Shown: piece after piece, positions 63,301 through 64,000 of the stretch
Numbering within the stretch: the first letter of the stretch is position 1
Layout: every line of letters begins with the position of its first letter
Origin: Mytilus edulis
Taxonomy: Eukaryota
DNA length: 64,000 bases
NCBI RefSeq assembly: GCF_963676685.1
Contig: NC_092344.1
Location: forward strand, 99,138,001 to 99,202,000
Reading direction: 5' to 3'
The notes under the pieces: generated by a model
Told to the model about the DNA's origin: nothing
Databases searched by the model: none
The model's input: only the letters and a program-made list of their open reading frames with translations
Position numbers and translations under genes: made by a program

Positions 63301-64000
63301 AAGCTGCACAAATTATTGACCTATGACTGTATGTTCAATATTATTACTTAGTTCTGTGGATAAAACTATAATGATTACATGTAGGTTTTCCCTGAAGAGC
63401 ATTTATTGGTATTACATGTTTATGCGCCAATCTCTACAAAATACAAAGGAGAGAATATTTGTAGTTATTAGTTGTTTCTAAACATCTAGAGGCTACCCAA
63501 TACATGTATAACTGTTGACTTTAAAAGATTTTCATATATCATACTTAATATAGACATAAAAAGGATTTTATTTTCCAATTGAAACATGTATTTTTTTGCT
63601 GTATATTTTCAAGTTTTCTTCTCAGATGTCCATTTTTACATATCTGTACCTTAAAATGGCCCCATGGATGATTAGGTACAAGACCATATTATTATGATAA
63701 CTCATTATCACAAATTAGTTACAGTTATGTTGTATATTACCTGTAAATCTTTTACAGTTGTTTGGCTGCACAATTCACGAAGAATTACATCTTCTTCTGA
63801 CCACATAATACTGACATCAAAAGAACAATATCATAATTTGGAGATAACAAAAACTAAATTTTTAAGGGATGCAGGAATTTATACACTCAAGGCAACAAAT
63901 ATTTCTGGTGAGCAGGAGAGTAATTGTGAAGTTCAAATTGAGGGAACTTTGAAAATATCAACTGAAGTTGTAGACAGCAAGGAAAAATCAGCAAGTGAAG
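48151..64000 (+). CDS. Titin/UNC-89-like intracellular I-set Ig repeat protein (probable muscle protein), continues beyond the window
   Basis: Exons in frame: 48151-48307, 51709-51939, 54431-54560, 55561-55748, 56783-57276, 57970-58093, 58501-58633, 59345-59520, 60301-63006, 63758->64000. Four I-set domains (P.F...EG....C.V.G.P.P...W.KDG...D.G.Y....N..G), several lacking the disulfide Cys; no signal peptide. Exact orthology not determinable. Confidence 0.85.
49243..50337. mobile_element. TGT..ACA element with 4-bp TSD, nested in the end of a G-rich MITE (~49082-50349)
   Basis: TATC|TGTAA ... TTACA|TATC; subterminal repeats ATCCGG(A/G).GAAA; removing it restores CTGTATCCGCCTCTG, similar to the terminus of the 38863 family. 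Confidence 0.75.
50472..51195. mobile_element. TIR element with 4-bp TSD and palindromic subterminal repeats
   Basis: TTTA|GGTTCCAGACCGTATGAGTATTTGGAC ... GTCCAAATACTCATATGGTCTGGAACA|TTTA; GACCGTACGCGTACGGTC-like units. Confidence 0.85.
51429..51522 (-). mobile_element. Interspersed repeat family B, terminal fragment
   Basis: Reverse complement of 56517-56610. Confidence 0.7.
51709..51939 (+). CDS. Titin-like gene exon (half-Ig module 2)
   Basis: catcag|...|gtaaat, 231 nt, phase 1-1; CAG/AAG/AAG tandem acceptors possible. Confidence 0.85.
53112..53559. mobile_element. Foldback MITE, ~448-bp palindrome
   Basis: ATAGAATCATATTCAAAACAGTGTAGCTGTGGCCATTGATTGACAACCTTAAATTATCCCATTGACTGGGGCA with exact reverse complement at the right end; arms pair down to a ~7-nt loop near 53335. 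Confidence 0.92.
54431..54560 (+). CDS. Titin-like gene exon, Ig N-half (EEPRFLMSLRNV...LICRVRGTPLPKIIW)
   Basis: tttcag|...TG|gtaagt. Confidence 0.9.
55006..55253. mobile_element. Foldback MITE, ~250-bp palindrome
   Basis: TTTGGTTAGCTTGCTTGCTAGCTGAAC / GTTCAGCTAGCAAGCAAGCTAACCAAA; outer AGTGTGTAGGCA / TGCCTACACACT. Confidence 0.85.
55561..55748 (+). CDS. Titin-like gene exon, Ig C-half (YKDNVPI...DAAVFKCEALNDKG)
   Basis: Acceptor tttaaag (AAG), donor gtaagt; completes the split Trp codon. Confidence 0.88.
56517..56735 (+). mobile_element. Interspersed repeat family B copy
   Basis: TAAAATTGAGAATGGAAATGGGGAATATGTCAAAGAGAC... Confidence 0.72.
56783..57276 (+). CDS. Titin-like gene exon, Ser/Arg-rich linker + Ig N-part
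   Basis: ORF 56812-57288; tttcag|...|gtaagt. Confidence 0.9.
57647..58020 (+). repeat. 77-bp tandem repeat x5 comprising the splice acceptor and first 51 nt of the exon
   Basis: Exon-start copies at 57662, 57739, 57816, 57893, 57970. Confidence 0.95.
57970..58093 (+). CDS. Titin-like gene exon, Ig C-part (QRSGHLSLEIPCTELEDTGDYLVDVRNEQG)
   Basis: Last repeat copy runs on into the Ig F/G strands; donor gtatgt. Confidence 0.88.
58501..58633 (+). CDS. Titin-like gene exon, Ig N-half (KPTFVEG...VKGKPRPGIKW)
   Basis: tttcag|...TG|gtaagg. Confidence 0.9.
58601..58939 (+). repeat. Diverged ~43-bp tandem repeat x8 comprising the exon 3' end and splice donor
   Basis: TGTCAAAGG.AA.CC.A.GCCAGGAATAA..TGGTAA...GAAA units. 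Confidence 0.85.
59345..59520 (+). CDS. Titin-like gene exon, Ig C-half (FKDGKRI...DQGLYKVEAHNMAG)
   Basis: atgtag|...|gtaagc. Confidence 0.9.
60301..63006 (+). CDS. Titin-like gene giant exon (2706 nt): S/E/T/K-rich disordered spacer + Ig N-half
   Basis: ORF 60408-63071; ttccag|...|gtatgg; ends PPNIVKFLP...LKFQCLVSGEPRPK. Confidence 0.93.
63758..64000 (+). CDS. Titin-like gene exon, Ig C-part (VWLHNSRRI...DAGIYTLKATNISG), runs off the window
   Basis: ttacag acceptor, phase 1, open to the window end. Confidence 0.9.

Noticed and set aside
48151-64000. Assigning a specific symbol (titin, twitchin, obscurin/unc-89)
   Set aside because: Only I-set Ig domains and spacers are visible; no kinase, FN3 or RhoGEF domain in the window to discriminate.

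Overview
AT-rich eukaryotic (animal) genomic DNA; the interspersed repeat families suggest a bivalve mollusc, most likely Mytilus (inference). Two spliced + strand genes were reconstructed by hand from GT/AG junctions with consistent phases. (1) An LRIG/lambik-family receptor (15 LRR, LRRCT, 3 Ig, TM, cytoplasmic tail; 16 exons, 4782-30802), whose signal peptide/LRRNT exons were not found and probably lie upstream of the window. (2) A titin/UNC-89-like intracellular I-set Ig protein (48151 to beyond 64000) with a 2.7 kb Ser/Glu/Thr/Lys-rich exon. Between the genes is a dense, nested patch of non-autonomous transposons (Helentron-type HINEs with internal satellite arrays, Kolobok-like, TGT..ACA/4-bp-TSD elements, SINE-like repeats). 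The most unusual signals are: (a) tandem duplications that copy exon-intron junctions (5 acceptors at 57.6-58.0 kb, ~8 donor-region copies at 58.6-58.9 kb, 2 donors at 24.5 kb, a decayed array at 29.6-30.0 kb, and a 73-bp satellite built like a mini exon plus mini intron); (b) two conserved half-Ig modules (E-F-G strands only) at the start of the titin-like protein; (c) a cluster of 18-aa repeats carrying PKA consensus sites in that protein.
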